Source: an uncultured Bacteroidales bacterium (lineage in GTDB: Bacteria > Bacteroidota > Bacteroidia > Bacteroidales > Paludibacteraceae). Taken from it: a DNA stretch of 64,000 nt. The position numbers were made by a program, and so were the translations under genes. Below the pieces are notes generated by a model. The model ran no database searches and was not told the DNA's origin. It saw only the letters and a program-made list of their open reading frames with translations. The stretch lies in contig CALUOH010000010.1 in NCBI GenBank assembly GCA_944322025.1, positions 50,642-114,641 of the forward strand, in the 5' to 3' direction. Numbering within the stretch: the first letter of the stretch is position 1; every line of letters starts with the position of its first letter. Shown piece after piece: positions 35,882 to 44,721 of the stretch.

Positions 35882-36140
35882 CAAAAGGGAGAGGTGGCGG
35901 GGAGATGGGGTTTTGAGGAATGGTTGAGGGGGAAGGGAGGTTGGGCAGTGGGATGTGTGGAATGGTTTAAGGGGAAGGGGGCGGAGCGGGAGGCGGGAAG
36001 GGGTGCGGGCTGCGGCTGTTGCGGAGGAGGAGGCTGCGCGGATGTGGCATGGGCACGGGAGGTGACACTTCACGAGTTGCAACATTCACATTGCCGTTTG
36101 CATCATTAATGTACTGAGTAATCCATAAAATACCATCGCC

Positions 36141-36764
36141 ATGCAAAGGAGTGTACTATTCTTATTGCTGCTTGCCGCAGTTGTCCCGGCCTACTGCGAG
36201 ACGCGGGAGCAGCGCGCCGCAAATCCCCACGAGGTGAAGATAGGGTGGGGTGACTACATTTCGGACGGGCTGATAATGCTGTTCCCGTATGAGCACGAGT
36301 TTGACCCGTCGCGGCCGTCGTAGCCGGGACATACGCTGGATGAGCATTATACGGGCAGCATCTTCGCCGAATACCAGTACCGCATTAACAGCTGGCTCGG
36401 AGTGGGCGCGGAGGCGGGCTTTTCGGGTGTGCTCGTGAACGAGAGGATTGAGCAGCTGGGCTACACGAAGGAGTTCCCGTGGAACACGTACCGCGTCTAT
36501 GTCATTCCCAACGTGCGCTTCACGTACCTCAACACGCGCTACGTCAATCTCTATTCCGGCATCGGGGCGGGATTCATCATGCAGTGGGACAACTCGAAGC
36601 TGGATCCGCTGCGCCGCCCGTCGTTCACAGTGGACTTTAACCTCATAGGCATAGCCATCGGCGGGGAACACTTCTTCATAGAGGGGGAGATTACGCCGAA
36701 ATATGAGCTGTACAACATGTTCGCAAGCCCGATATTCACCGTCGCGGCGGGATACAGGTTCTGA
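36141..36764 (+). pseudogene. Outer-membrane beta-barrel (OmpW/porin-like) gene interrupted by an in-frame TAG
   Basis: ORFs 36141-36323 (with signal peptide) and 36402-36764 share one frame. The only interruption is TAG at 36321-36323, and the bridging codons (PGHTLDEHYTGSIFAEYQYRINSWLG) look like beta-strand. It ends in ...AAGYRF, the aromatic terminal residue of a barrel. Confidence 0.6.
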
Positions 36765-36904
36765 GAAGCCGTTTCCGAGGGCTGAGGGGCATACAGAAAA
36801 CGTCCGGGCCGTGCAGTCGCTGCACAGCCCGGACCATAGCTGAATGATTTGACAATCACATTACATACACACACCTGTCATCTTAGATTTTCCACAAACA
36901 GTTT

Positions 36905-39778
36905 TTAGAGTATTATCGTCTTGGCTGAGAGTGTCCTTGTAGGCTGGCTCAGCACTACAACGGCGAACCCGCTGCAATTGCCTGCCTCGACTTGGCAGAC
37001 ACCTCCGTTGATTATCACCTGTCCGGACTTCAACACGCGCCCTGCGGCATCAATGATGTAGCATGTGGCCTCGCCGTCCATCGTGGTGTGGAGCTCAAGC
37101 ATCCCGTCGGCGTTAGTCACAATCAGTTCGTCGTTCGTGTAGAAGTCGCTTATGCCGTCGTTCTCAATGTTGTCCACGCCTGTGGTGCTGCCGCCGTCGG
37201 GCAGCTGTCCCCACATCAGTTTCACGAGCATGGCAGAGGTCGTGTTGTCGATGTAGTAGCCGCGCTTGGTGTCGTAGTTGTTCGCCAGAGCGGCAATCAC
37301 GTCCGCGCCCGCGCCTTTCGCGTAGTAGGGTATGAGCTGGTTTGTGTGGTCGCCGGAGTAGTACTTCATTGAGGGCATCACGCCTTTGCCGTTGTCCTTC
37401 ACAGTGGCCTCGCCGAGGTTCTTGCTCTCCTCGCCGCCGAGGTATCCGGTCTCGTGGTCGCCGGTGACGATGAGCAGTGTCTCGTCCCAGTTGCTGTTCT
37501 CCTCCACCCAGTCGATTACCGCGTCGACGGACTTGTTGAAGTCGTTCTGCTCCTCGATGAGGCGGCCCTTCTGGTTGGCGTGGTTGGCCCAGTCAATCGC
37601 GCCGCCCTCAATCATGATGAAGAAGCCGTCCTCGTCCTGTCCGAGTATGTTGAGCGAAGCCTTTGTCATGTCCACCAGAGTGGGCACTGAGGGGTTCAGG
37701 TTGGTGCTGTCCACCACCTGCGCGTCGCCCCCGCGTGCCTGTTGGAGCGTAGTGGCAGCGCGTGCCACGAACACCATCTTCTCCGGCACATCCTCGCCTG
37801 CGGCAATCTCTTCGATGCGTGCCTTGTCGTCGCTGAAAGTCCAGTCGTTCAGCGTGCCCTCTTTCAGAGCCTGCCAAGTGGTCTCGCCGCCGACATACTG
37901 GTACTCCATGCCCTCTGTCTTAGCCACGCCGTTGTCGTCATACTCCGGATGGCCTGCGCCCATGATGAGGTCGAGCTTGCTGGCGAGCATCTCGTTGGCT
38001 ATCTGCGCATACTCGTTACGGCTCTCGTTGTGCGCCGCGCCGAATGCTGCAGGTGTGGCGTGGGAGAACTCTACGGACGAAATCACTCCGGCCGCCTTGC
38101 CCTTGTCCTTTGCCACCTCGGCCAGTGTCTTCATCGATTCCAGCTCAACCGACTTGTTGATTGACCCGTCGTAAGTCTTCTCGCCCGTGCCCATGGCTGT
38201 TGCCGCAGGGGCTGAGTCTGTGGGTCTGATGCTGATATATTCGGTGTCGTTCCACGCCTTGTGCGAGTTGTACGAGGTGAAGTAGTCCGCAGGGTCAGTG
38301 CTGCCCTTAGTCCCCATCGCGTGGTACGTGCTGACGAAGAGACTTGTCGGGAAATACTCATACGCCTGTGTCTCGCCCATATAGTAGTTAGTGGCCTTTA
38401 TCTGGTTCTCGCCCCAGCCGTCGGACACCATGTAAATCACGTTCTTGATTTGCGCCGCGTCGTCCATGTCTCTCCACAGGAGGAAGAACGACTTCGCTAT
38501 CTCCGTGTTGTCCATGAACCTGCCGCGCAGCGGGTCAACCCTGTCAGCGAACATGCCGAGCACCTCCGCGCCCGCGCCCTTGGCATAGACCGGCACGAGC
38601 ATATTGGTGTGGTCGCCCGAGTTGTACTTCATCCCCGGCACATTGCCCTTGCCGTTGTTCACTATCGGGTTGGTCGTGAACTTGTTGTCGCCGTCCTTCT
38701 CGCCGAGCAGATAGCCGCACTCGTGGTCGGAGGTCACGACAACGAGGTTCTCCTCCCATCCGCCGTTTGCCTCTACCCAGTCAATCACCGCATCCACCGT
38801 AGCGTGAAAGTCGAGCTGCTCCTCTATCATGCGCCCCTTCTGGTTGGCGTGGTTGGCCCAGTCTATCGCGCCGCCCTCTATCATCACCACGAAGCCCTCG
38901 TCGTTCTGCGACAGCACATTGAGCGCGGCCAGCGAGAGTTCGGGCAGCGAGTTCACTCCCGCGTTCAGCGCGTCGCCGTAAGGCACTTGCACATTCTCTC
39001 CCGTGCGTGCCTGTTGCAGCGTGGTTGCCACGCGCGGCACTACCACGAGCCTCTCCGGCAGGCTCTCGCCCTTGGCCATTGCTGCCACCCTTGCCGAGTC
39101 GTCCGTGAACGTCCATCCCATCTCGCCCCCGGTGAGCCTCGTCCATGTCTCCTCGCCGCCCACGAAGCTGTAATTCTTCTCGCTTCTCGGCTGCGCGTTG
39201 TCGTCATAGTCCGGATGTCCCGCGCCTATAATCACGTCCATATCGCTCTCGAGCATCTCCGTCGCGATGTCGCTGTACTGGTTCCTGTCCTCGTTGTGTG
39301 CCACGTGTGCCGCAGGTGTCGCGTGCGAGAACTCCACGGAAGTGACCACCCCGGCCGACTTCCCGATGCTCTTCGCATACTCCATGAAGTGCAGCGCGTC
39401 CTTGCGCTCCATGTCTACGCCTATCGCCCCGTCGAAGCTCTTCTTTCCTGTCGAGAATGCCGTGGCGGCCGGTGCGGAGTCTGTGTACCTCCCCTTGGTC
39501 GACACCCACGTGAAGTCAAGCCACGCGCTGTCCGAACGGTACTCCTGCATCGCCGTGCCGTTGTACGTCGTCATCGCGCACGTCATCGGAAACAACTGGA
39601 ACTGCGCCACCGAGTCTCTCCCCTCCGCATAATAGTTCGCCGCCGTGACAGTGTTGTAGCTCATCCCGTCACCAATCAGAAAAATAATGTTCTTCGGCTG
39701 CTCCACCTGAGCGTTCACAGCCATGCCCGAGGCCAGCAGAAGACCCCCGAAAGCCATTTTAAGTTGATTTGTTCTCAT
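36905..39778 (-). CDS. Secreted tandem (two-domain) alkaline phosphatase with a T9SS-type C-terminal sorting domain
   Basis: ATG at 39778 (MRTNQLKMAFGGLLLASGMAVNAQ). Two full PhoA-like units are present, each with D-G-M/W, TDSAPAATA (Ser nucleophile context), SHATPAA, GGAIDWANHAN, SDHE/GDHE and SGDHTN motifs. The last ~80 aa form a beta-rich tail ending ...LSAKTIIL, like type A CTDs. Confidence 0.85.
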   Translation of the reverse strand: MRTNQLKMAFGGLLLASGMAVNAQVEQPKNIIFLIGDGMSYNTVTAANYYAEGRDSVAQFQLFPMTCAMTTYNGTAMQEYRSDSAWLDFTWVSTKGRYTDSAPAATAFSTGKKSFDGAIGVDMERKDALHFMEYAKSIGKSAGVVTSVEFSHATPAAHVAHNEDRNQYSDIATEMLESDMDVIIGAGHPDYDDNAQPRSEKNYSFVGGEETWTRLTGGEMGWTFTDDSARVAAMAKGESLPERLVVVPRVATTLQQARTGENVQVPYGDALNAGVNSLPELSLAALNVLSQNDEGFVVMIEGGAIDWANHANQKGRMIEEQLDFHATVDAVIDWVEANGGWEENLVVVTSDHECGYLLGEKDGDNKFTTNPIVNNGKGNVPGMKYNSGDHTNMLVPVYAKGAGAEVLGMFADRVDPLRGRFMDNTEIAKSFFLLWRDMDDAAQIKNVIYMVSDGWGENQIKATNYYMGETQAYEYFPTSLFVSTYHAMGTKGSTDPADYFTSYNSHKAWNDTEYISIRPTDSAPAATAMGTGEKTYDGSINKSVELESMKTLAEVAKDKGKAAGVISSVEFSHATPAAFGAAHNESRNEYAQIANEMLASKLDLIMGAGHPEYDDNGVAKTEGMEYQYVGGETTWQALKEGTLNDWTFSDDKARIEEIAAGEDVPEKMVFVARAATTLQQARGGDAQVVDSTNLNPSVPTLVDMTKASLNILGQDEDGFFIMIEGGAIDWANHANQKGRLIEEQNDFNKSVDAVIDWVEENSNWDETLLIVTGDHETGYLGGEESKNLGEATVKDNGKGVMPSMKYYSGDHTNQLIPYYAKGAGADVIAALANNYDTKRGYYIDNTTSAMLVKLMWGQLPDGGSTTGVDNIENDGISDFYTNDELIVTNADGMLELHTTMDGEATCYIIDAAGRVLKSGQVIINGGVCQVEAGNCSGFAVVVLSQPTRTLSAKTIIL

Positions 39779-39805
39779 AAGTTGATTGTTAGAATTAACC
39801 CGCTG

Positions 39806-39813
39806 CAAAGGTA
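39806..39813 (-). promoter_or_regulatory. -7 promoter box (TACCTTTG) for the alkaline phosphatase gene
   Basis: The reverse complement of 39806-39813 is TACCTTTG. It lies 28 nt upstream of the ATG at 39778. Confidence 0.6.
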
Positions 39814-39822
39814 TCCCCGTCG

Positions 39823-39862
39823 CGTTACAGCAGCCCTACAATCGCATTACAAACGCACGACA
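39823..39862 (-). promoter_or_regulatory. Four phased 7-bp repeats (candidate Pho boxes), with the same geometry as at 2161-2200
   Basis: CGTTACA 39823-29, CCCTACA 39834-40, CATTACA 39845-51 and CACGACA 39856-62, at an exact 11-bp period. The array starts 10 bp from the -7 box. Confidence 0.5.
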
Positions 39863-39944
39863 ACTCCATAACCGCTCCTCCCCGCTCCCGTAGCACATGT
39901 TACAAACCTGTTTCCTCCCCTCTTCCCCGCAACCTTCCGCCTGC

Positions 39945-39990
39945 GTTAATCGAGGTTAAAAACACGTACTCTCGTGCTGCCTCTAAGCCT
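39945..39990 (-). repeat. Dispersed intergenic repeat, copy 9 (reverse orientation)
   Basis: The reverse complement reads GGCTTAGAGGCAGCAC followed by GAGAGTACGTGTTTTTAACCTCGATTAAC. Confidence 0.85.
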
Positions 39991-40088
39991 GCCTCTCCCT
40001 ATCCTCTCACTACCCTCACGCTAATTCACCATACTTTCGTTTGCCCTTTCGTACATCTTTACTACCTTTACGGTAACAACACAAAATA

Positions 40089-40110
40089 GCCGGTATCATC
40101 CGATACCGGC
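40089..40110 (-). terminator. Terminator downstream of the CMD-cupin operon
   Basis: GCCGGTATC and GATACCGGC form the stem with a 4-nt loop. On the minus strand it is followed by a T-rich run (TATTTTGTGTT). Confidence 0.65.
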
Positions 40111-40139
40111 TTTTCTGTAATATACCCTCAGCGGGGGTC

Positions 40140-41402
40140 TCACTCCTTCCTTGTCGCCTCGCGGTACTGTTCGTCCGTCACCGCGTCGAGCCACGTGTTC
40201 TTGTTGCTCTGCGGGTTACACTCTATGGCGAGGTGCGAGAACCAGCTGTCCGGTGCTGCCCCGTGCCAGTGCACCACGTCCGGTGCTATCTCCACCACGT
40301 CGCCCGGCAGAAGCTCACGCGCCGGCTTGCCTTTCTCCTGATAGTACCCCCTGCCGCCTACGGCTATGAGTATCTGGCCGCCCGTGTGGCTGTGCCAGTT
40401 GTTGCGGCAGCCAGGTTCAAAGGTCACGTTCGCCACCGGGCTGTTCAGCCTCTTGTCCGACGTGAGCGGGGCGAGATACGACCTCCCTGTGAAGTACTGC
40501 GCGTACGCGTCGTTCGCCGCCCCCGTGGGGAATGCGCTCAGCCCCTGCGGCACGCCGCCATTCGCCTTCGCGTTCTCCTCCTTCACTATCATCAGTGCTT
40601 TCAGTGCTGCCGGGAAACCCACGTAGGGCAACGCCTGTATTACGGCTGCCGTCACATCCTCCGGCGTGTTGCCCGCGCGCAGGCATCCGTGGTAGTGCGG
40701 GTGCAGCTGCTCCTCGGCCCCTATCGCCGTCAGTATGCAGTACGCCAGCAGCTCCCTCGTCTTCACGTCGAGTGCCCCGCGCGTATATATGTCCCCGAAG
40801 CAATACTCCGTGACGAACCTCTCCACATCTTCGCCCATGCCGCCCGGCATGCCGCTCAGCTCCTTGGCGAGACCGCCCGGATAGAGGCTGTCGCGTATGG
40901 CTTGCCCGCGTTCGCCGCGCGTCTTCTCGTCCAAGCTCCCCTCACGTCCGAGAGGCAGGGCCACGCCCCTCTCTTTCAGCACCTCATTGACCGTCCCCAC
41001 CGCATTCAGCATCCTCGGAAAGCCGATATACGGCGCGGTCAGGTACATTGCCTCCCGCAGCTCCTCGGGCGTCACGCCCACATTCAGTGCCGCCCCCGCG
41101 TGAGCTTTCAGCTGTGGCAGCGTCTGCATGCTCGCCAGCGTGACGCAGGTCACCATCTCCCTCATCTTCATGTCCATCTCTCCTGTCGTGAACACATCGC
41201 CGAAGATGAACTTCTGCAATATGTCCATCATCTCGGGGTCGCTCCCTTGCCCCGTCAGGGCTTCGCCGCCGAACAGCGCGGTGTAGTTCTTCTTGCAAAT
41301 CTCTGTCCTGTCCATAGTTTCACTCCTTTTGTTTGTTCCTTGTGCCGCCGCCCCCGCGCACATCAGCGCGGCCACGGCTGTAATGATTATCGTACGTCTC
41401 AT
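40140..41402 (-). CDS. Exported fusion protein: two carboxymuconolactone decarboxylase (CMD/AhpD-like) domains plus a C-terminal cupin
   Basis: Has a signal peptide (MRRTIIITAVAALMCAGAAAQ). There are two CMD-like units (...LDVKTRELLAYCILTAIG... and ...MDMKMREMVTCVTLASM...). The cupin motif is FEPGCRNNWHSHTGGQILIAVGG...VHWHGA. Confidence 0.75.
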   Translation of the reverse strand: MRRTIIITAVAALMCAGAAAQGTNKRSETMDRTEICKKNYTALFGGEALTGQGSDPEMMDILQKFIFGDVFTTGEMDMKMREMVTCVTLASMQTLPQLKAHAGAALNVGVTPEELREAMYLTAPYIGFPRMLNAVGTVNEVLKERGVALPLGREGSLDEKTRGERGQAIRDSLYPGGLAKELSGMPGGMGEDVERFVTEYCFGDIYTRGALDVKTRELLAYCILTAIGAEEQLHPHYHGCLRAGNTPEDVTAAVIQALPYVGFPAALKALMIVKEENAKANGGVPQGLSAFPTGAANDAYAQYFTGRSYLAPLTSDKRLNSPVANVTFEPGCRNNWHSHTGGQILIAVGGRGYYQEKGKPARELLPGDVVEIAPDVVHWHGAAPDSWFSHLAIECNPQSNKNTWLDAVTDEQYREATRKE

Positions 41403-41411
41403 AACCCCCTT

Positions 41412-41957
41412 TTATCTGTTTGACAACTCTTTAACCCACGCGCCTATCGCGCTCTCTGTCATCCCGTTGAGCAGCCGCCCCTTGACGAACTTCACATCCG
41501 GGTAACTCTTCCTTATCGCTTCCACGCTCCCGTCTATGCTGCTCCCGCCCGATGTGGCGAACAGCACTACGGTCTTCCCGCTCAGCTCCACGCTCTCGAT
41601 GAACGTGTTCACAGCCCTCGGTGCCATGTTCCACCATATCGGATAGCCCAGATACACCGTGTCATACTGCGCCATGTCCACCTTCTTCCCCTTGATGGCC
41701 GGCCTCGCCCCCGCGTCCTTCATCTCTACTGAGCTGCGCGAGTTGCTGTTGTGCCAGTCGAGGTCCGCGCTTGTGTACGCCCTCTCCGGCTCTATCTCGT
41801 ACAGCGTGCCGCCCGTCGCCTTCGCCAGCTTCCCTGCGGCTGCCTCTGTCGTGCCGGTTGCCGAAAAATAGGCCACCAGCACCCTCTTCCCGTTCTGGGA
41901 CAATGCGTTTGTACTCATACTCATAACTGCAACTAATGCTAATAATATTACCTTCAT
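41412..41957 (-). CDS. Flavodoxin-like protein with an N-terminal signal peptide
   Basis: ATG at 41957 (MKVILLALVAVMSMSTNALSQ). The flavodoxin start VLVAYFSATGTTE and the later YPIWW motif are present. Confidence 0.8.
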   Translation of the reverse strand: MKVILLALVAVMSMSTNALSQNGKRVLVAYFSATGTTEAAAGKLAKATGGTLYEIEPERAYTSADLDWHNSNSRSSVEMKDAGARPAIKGKKVDMAQYDTVYLGYPIWWNMAPRAVNTFIESVELSGKTVVLFATSGGSSIDGSVEAIRKSYPDVKFVKGRLLNGMTESAIGAWVKELSNR

Positions 41958-42031
41958 ATGTTCCTCCTTTTGTTGCTCTGGCTGTCGTTGTTCTCCTCCC
42001 ATGTCGCCACACAGCTTCTCCCGCGCTCTCC

Positions 42032-43096
42032 TCACTTCATATACTTCTCGTAGAATGCCGCTATCGTGTCGAACGGTATCACGTCCGTCTTGTCATACAG
42101 GTCCGTGTGGCTTGCGCCCGGCACTATCATCAGCTCCTTGTTGTCCCCTTTCAGACCCTTGTAGGCATCCTCGCTGAAATAGCGCGAATGCGCCTTCTCC
42201 CCGTGTACGAGAAGCACCGCGCTGCGTATCTCCCCGCTGTACCTCATGATAGGCATGTTGAGGAACGACAGCGACGATGTCTTGTTCCACCCTCCGTTCG
42301 AGTTCAGCGAACGCTCGTGATACCCCCGCGCCGTCTTGTAATAGTCGTGGTAGTCCTTCACGAACTGCGGCGCGTCCTCCGGCAGCGGGTCCACCACGCC
42401 GCCCGCCAGCGCATACGTGCCGTTGCGGAAATCCTCCGTCCTCTGTGCGTTCAGGGCCTTGCGCAGCTCGTGGCGCGCCTCCTCGTTGTCCCCCGCGTCG
42501 AAATACCCGTTTGCTGTTACGCGGCTCATGTCGTACATCGTTGCCGCTACGGTCGCCTTGATGCGCGTGTCCATCGCCGCCGCGTTGATGGCCATGCCGC
42601 CCCAGCCGCAGATGCCCAGTATCCCCACGCGTTCCGGGTCAACGTCCCCGCGCGTCGAAAGGTAGTCCACTGCCGCCGAGAAATCCTCCGTATTGATGTC
42701 CGGCGATGCCACATAGCGCGGCTCGCCGCCGCTCTCGCCCGTGAACGACGGGTCGAACGCCACGGTCACGAACCCCCGCTCCGCCAGCGTCTGCGCATAC
42801 AGCCCCGAAGCCTGCTCCTTCACCGCGCCGAACGGCCCGCACACCGCTATCGCCGCACGCTTCCCGCCCTTGCCCTCTTTCGGCAAATACAGGTCGGCGG
42901 CGAGGGTGATGCCGTAGCGGTTCTTGAATGTCACCTTGCTGTGCTCCACCTTCTCGCTCTTGGGGAACGTCTTGTCCCACGTCTCTGTCAGTTTCACTTG
43001 TTCCATGTTTCTGTCGCTTTTGTTGGTTTGTGTGCAGCCTCCCGCCGCCCCCATGAGGCAGGCGAATGCCGCCGCTAAAATCGTGTTACGTCTCAT
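42032..43096 (-). CDS. Alpha/beta hydrolase lipoprotein
   Basis: I preferred the ATG at 43096 (MRRNTILAAAFACLMGAAGGC, a lipobox) because the -7 box TACCTTTG (reverse complement of 43138-43145) leaves only ~5 nt of leader for the ATG at 43123. The nucleophile elbow GICGWGG is present. Confidence 0.7.
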   Translation of the reverse strand: MRRNTILAAAFACLMGAAGGCTQTNKSDRNMEQVKLTETWDKTFPKSEKVEHSKVTFKNRYGITLAADLYLPKEGKGGKRAAIAVCGPFGAVKEQASGLYAQTLAERGFVTVAFDPSFTGESGGEPRYVASPDINTEDFSAAVDYLSTRGDVDPERVGILGICGWGGMAINAAAMDTRIKATVAATMYDMSRVTANGYFDAGDNEEARHELRKALNAQRTEDFRNGTYALAGGVVDPLPEDAPQFVKDYHDYYKTARGYHERSLNSNGGWNKTSSLSFLNMPIMRYSGEIRSAVLLVHGEKAHSRYFSEDAYKGLKGDNKELMIVPGASHTDLYDKTDVIPFDTIAAFYEKYMK

Positions 43097-43334
43097 ATCT
43101 TCTGTGCTTTTGATGCTACTCATCTGTTTTACCGATGCAAAGGTAGCATGATAAAACTCTCTATCATGTAGACAGATTACTGATGTTCGTACCCGATTTA
43201 CGGGTTCTGACATGACGCTGTATGAAGCTCCCCCTGCATCACCCTCTTGCCCTCTTTCTCTTGCCTCCCTCCATCCGCCCCGCGTCCGGCCTCCCCCTTG
43301 TCCCGTTCCCCCTTCTTAGGTCATTTCAAATATA

Positions 43335-43404
43335 AAAGAGAGTTAAAAACACGTACTCTCGACGGAACTCTAAGGGAGCCCATAGGGAGCCTCTCCGAAG
43401 CCCC
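43335..43404 (-). repeat. Dispersed intergenic repeat, copy 10 (reverse orientation)
   Basis: The reverse complement reads GGGGCTTCGGAGAGGCTCCCTATGGGCTCCCTTAGAGTTCCGTC followed by GAGAGTACGTGTTTTTAACTCTCTTTTAT. Confidence 0.8.
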
Positions 43405-43476
43405 TGCGGCACTTTTCCCCGCACATTCCCCATCCTCTCCGTTGCCGTTGCCCTCACCTTTCACTATCTTTGCAGC

Positions 43477-44721
43477 ATGAACATAAGGACGATAGCTGAT
43501 AGGGTATGGAAGTCTGCCGTGGCGAGGAACTATTCGCACATGACGGCCACGCAGATGCTTTCCATGCTCATCAGCATCTGCGTCTATCCCTACGTCATCC
43601 GGCGGCTTGGAGGTGAGGTCTACGGCCTATACGTCTTCGCTCTCGCCATAACGAACTACTTCATAGAGTTCACCTCTTTCGGCTTGAAGTTCCCCTCCGT
43701 GAAAGCCGTGGTGGAGTACCGTGATGACGCTGATGGCACTAACCGCACGGTCACATGCGTTTACATCATCAAGGGGCTGCTGGCCGTGGTCTCGGCCGTG
43801 GTCTTCTCTCTCCTCGTGCTCTTCGTGCCTCTGCTGCGTGCGCACGCGCTGCTCTTCCTATGCGTCTTCCTGCAACTGCTGGGTGAGGTACTGCTCCCCG
43901 CTTGGTTCTATCAGGGCAGGCAGAAGATGCAGGTAGTGACCTACATGAGCGTGGGGGCGCGCCTCTTGACCGTCCCGTTCATCTTCCTCTGCGTGAAGTC
44001 GCCTGACGACATTGTGCCGTTCGCGGCCATCAACACGGCGGGCGTGCTTGGCGCGGCGGTCGGCGTGGCGGCTGTGATGCTCTGGCGCGAGGGCGTGCGC
44101 CCCGTGCGGGTCAGTGCGGCGGAGGTAAGGCGCATGGCGAAGGACGCGCTCCCCTTCTTCGGCTCGAACGTGATGAGCACGCTGAAGACCGAGACTGTCA
44201 CGCTCCTCATAGGCTCATTCCTCGGCATGAGGGACGTGGCAATATACGACTTGGCTAACAAGATGGTGGTCATACCGAGAACGCTGACGCAGAACGTCAA
44301 CCACGCCCTCTTCCCCGCCGTGCTTGCCGGACAGCGCGACAGGGTGAGGCAGATAATAAGATACGAGTACGGCATCGGTGCGCTCATCATCCTCCTGCTT
44401 GCCGCCGTGGGCTATTGGGCCGCGCTGCTGCTCGGCGGGCGCGAGATGGTGGGGGCATACCCCATATCGCTTATACTCAGCGTGACGATACTGACATGGC
44501 TCGTGGTCGGGGCATACATAGCGTTTGTCTTTGTGCCGCAGGGGAGATACACTCTCGTGACGCGCAACCAGCTTGTTGCTCTGCTCTCGTTTCTGGCGAT
44601 AGGCATCCCCGCCGTGGCTCTATTCCGCAATGTCTATGCGCTGACTGCTGCCTTCGCCCTCTCGGGTGTGTGCGAGATAATCTATTGCAGATGGGTGACA
44701 CGTAAATATAGGTTGTTATGA
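43477..44721 (+). CDS. Wzx-like oligosaccharide flippase (polysaccharide biosynthesis protein family)
   Basis: 414-aa polytopic protein. The N-terminal pattern ...MLSMLISICVYPYVIRRLGGEVYG is typical of MOP/Wzx flippases. Confidence 0.7.
   Translation: MNIRTIADRVWKSAVARNYSHMTATQMLSMLISICVYPYVIRRLGGEVYGLYVFALAITNYFIEFTSFGLKFPSVKAVVEYRDDADGTNRTVTCVYIIKGLLAVVSAVVFSLLVLFVPLLRAHALLFLCVFLQLLGEVLLPAWFYQGRQKMQVVTYMSVGARLLTVPFIFLCVKSPDDIVPFAAINTAGVLGAAVGVAAVMLWREGVRPVRVSAAEVRRMAKDALPFFGSNVMSTLKTETVTLLIGSFLGMRDVAIYDLANKMVVIPRTLTQNVNHALFPAVLAGQRDRVRQIIRYEYGIGALIILLLAAVGYWAALLLGGREMVGAYPISLILSVTILTWLVVGAYIAFVFVPQGRYTLVTRNQLVALLSFLAIGIPAVALFRNVYALTAAFALSGVCEIIYCRWVTRKYRLL

Noticed and set aside
43465-43472. 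TATCTTTG box just before the wzx-like gene
   Set aside because: It ends only 4 nt before the ATG at 43477, too close for the usual -7-box-to-start spacing unless the mRNA is leaderless. The full-length N-terminus looks genuine, so I did not call it a promoter.
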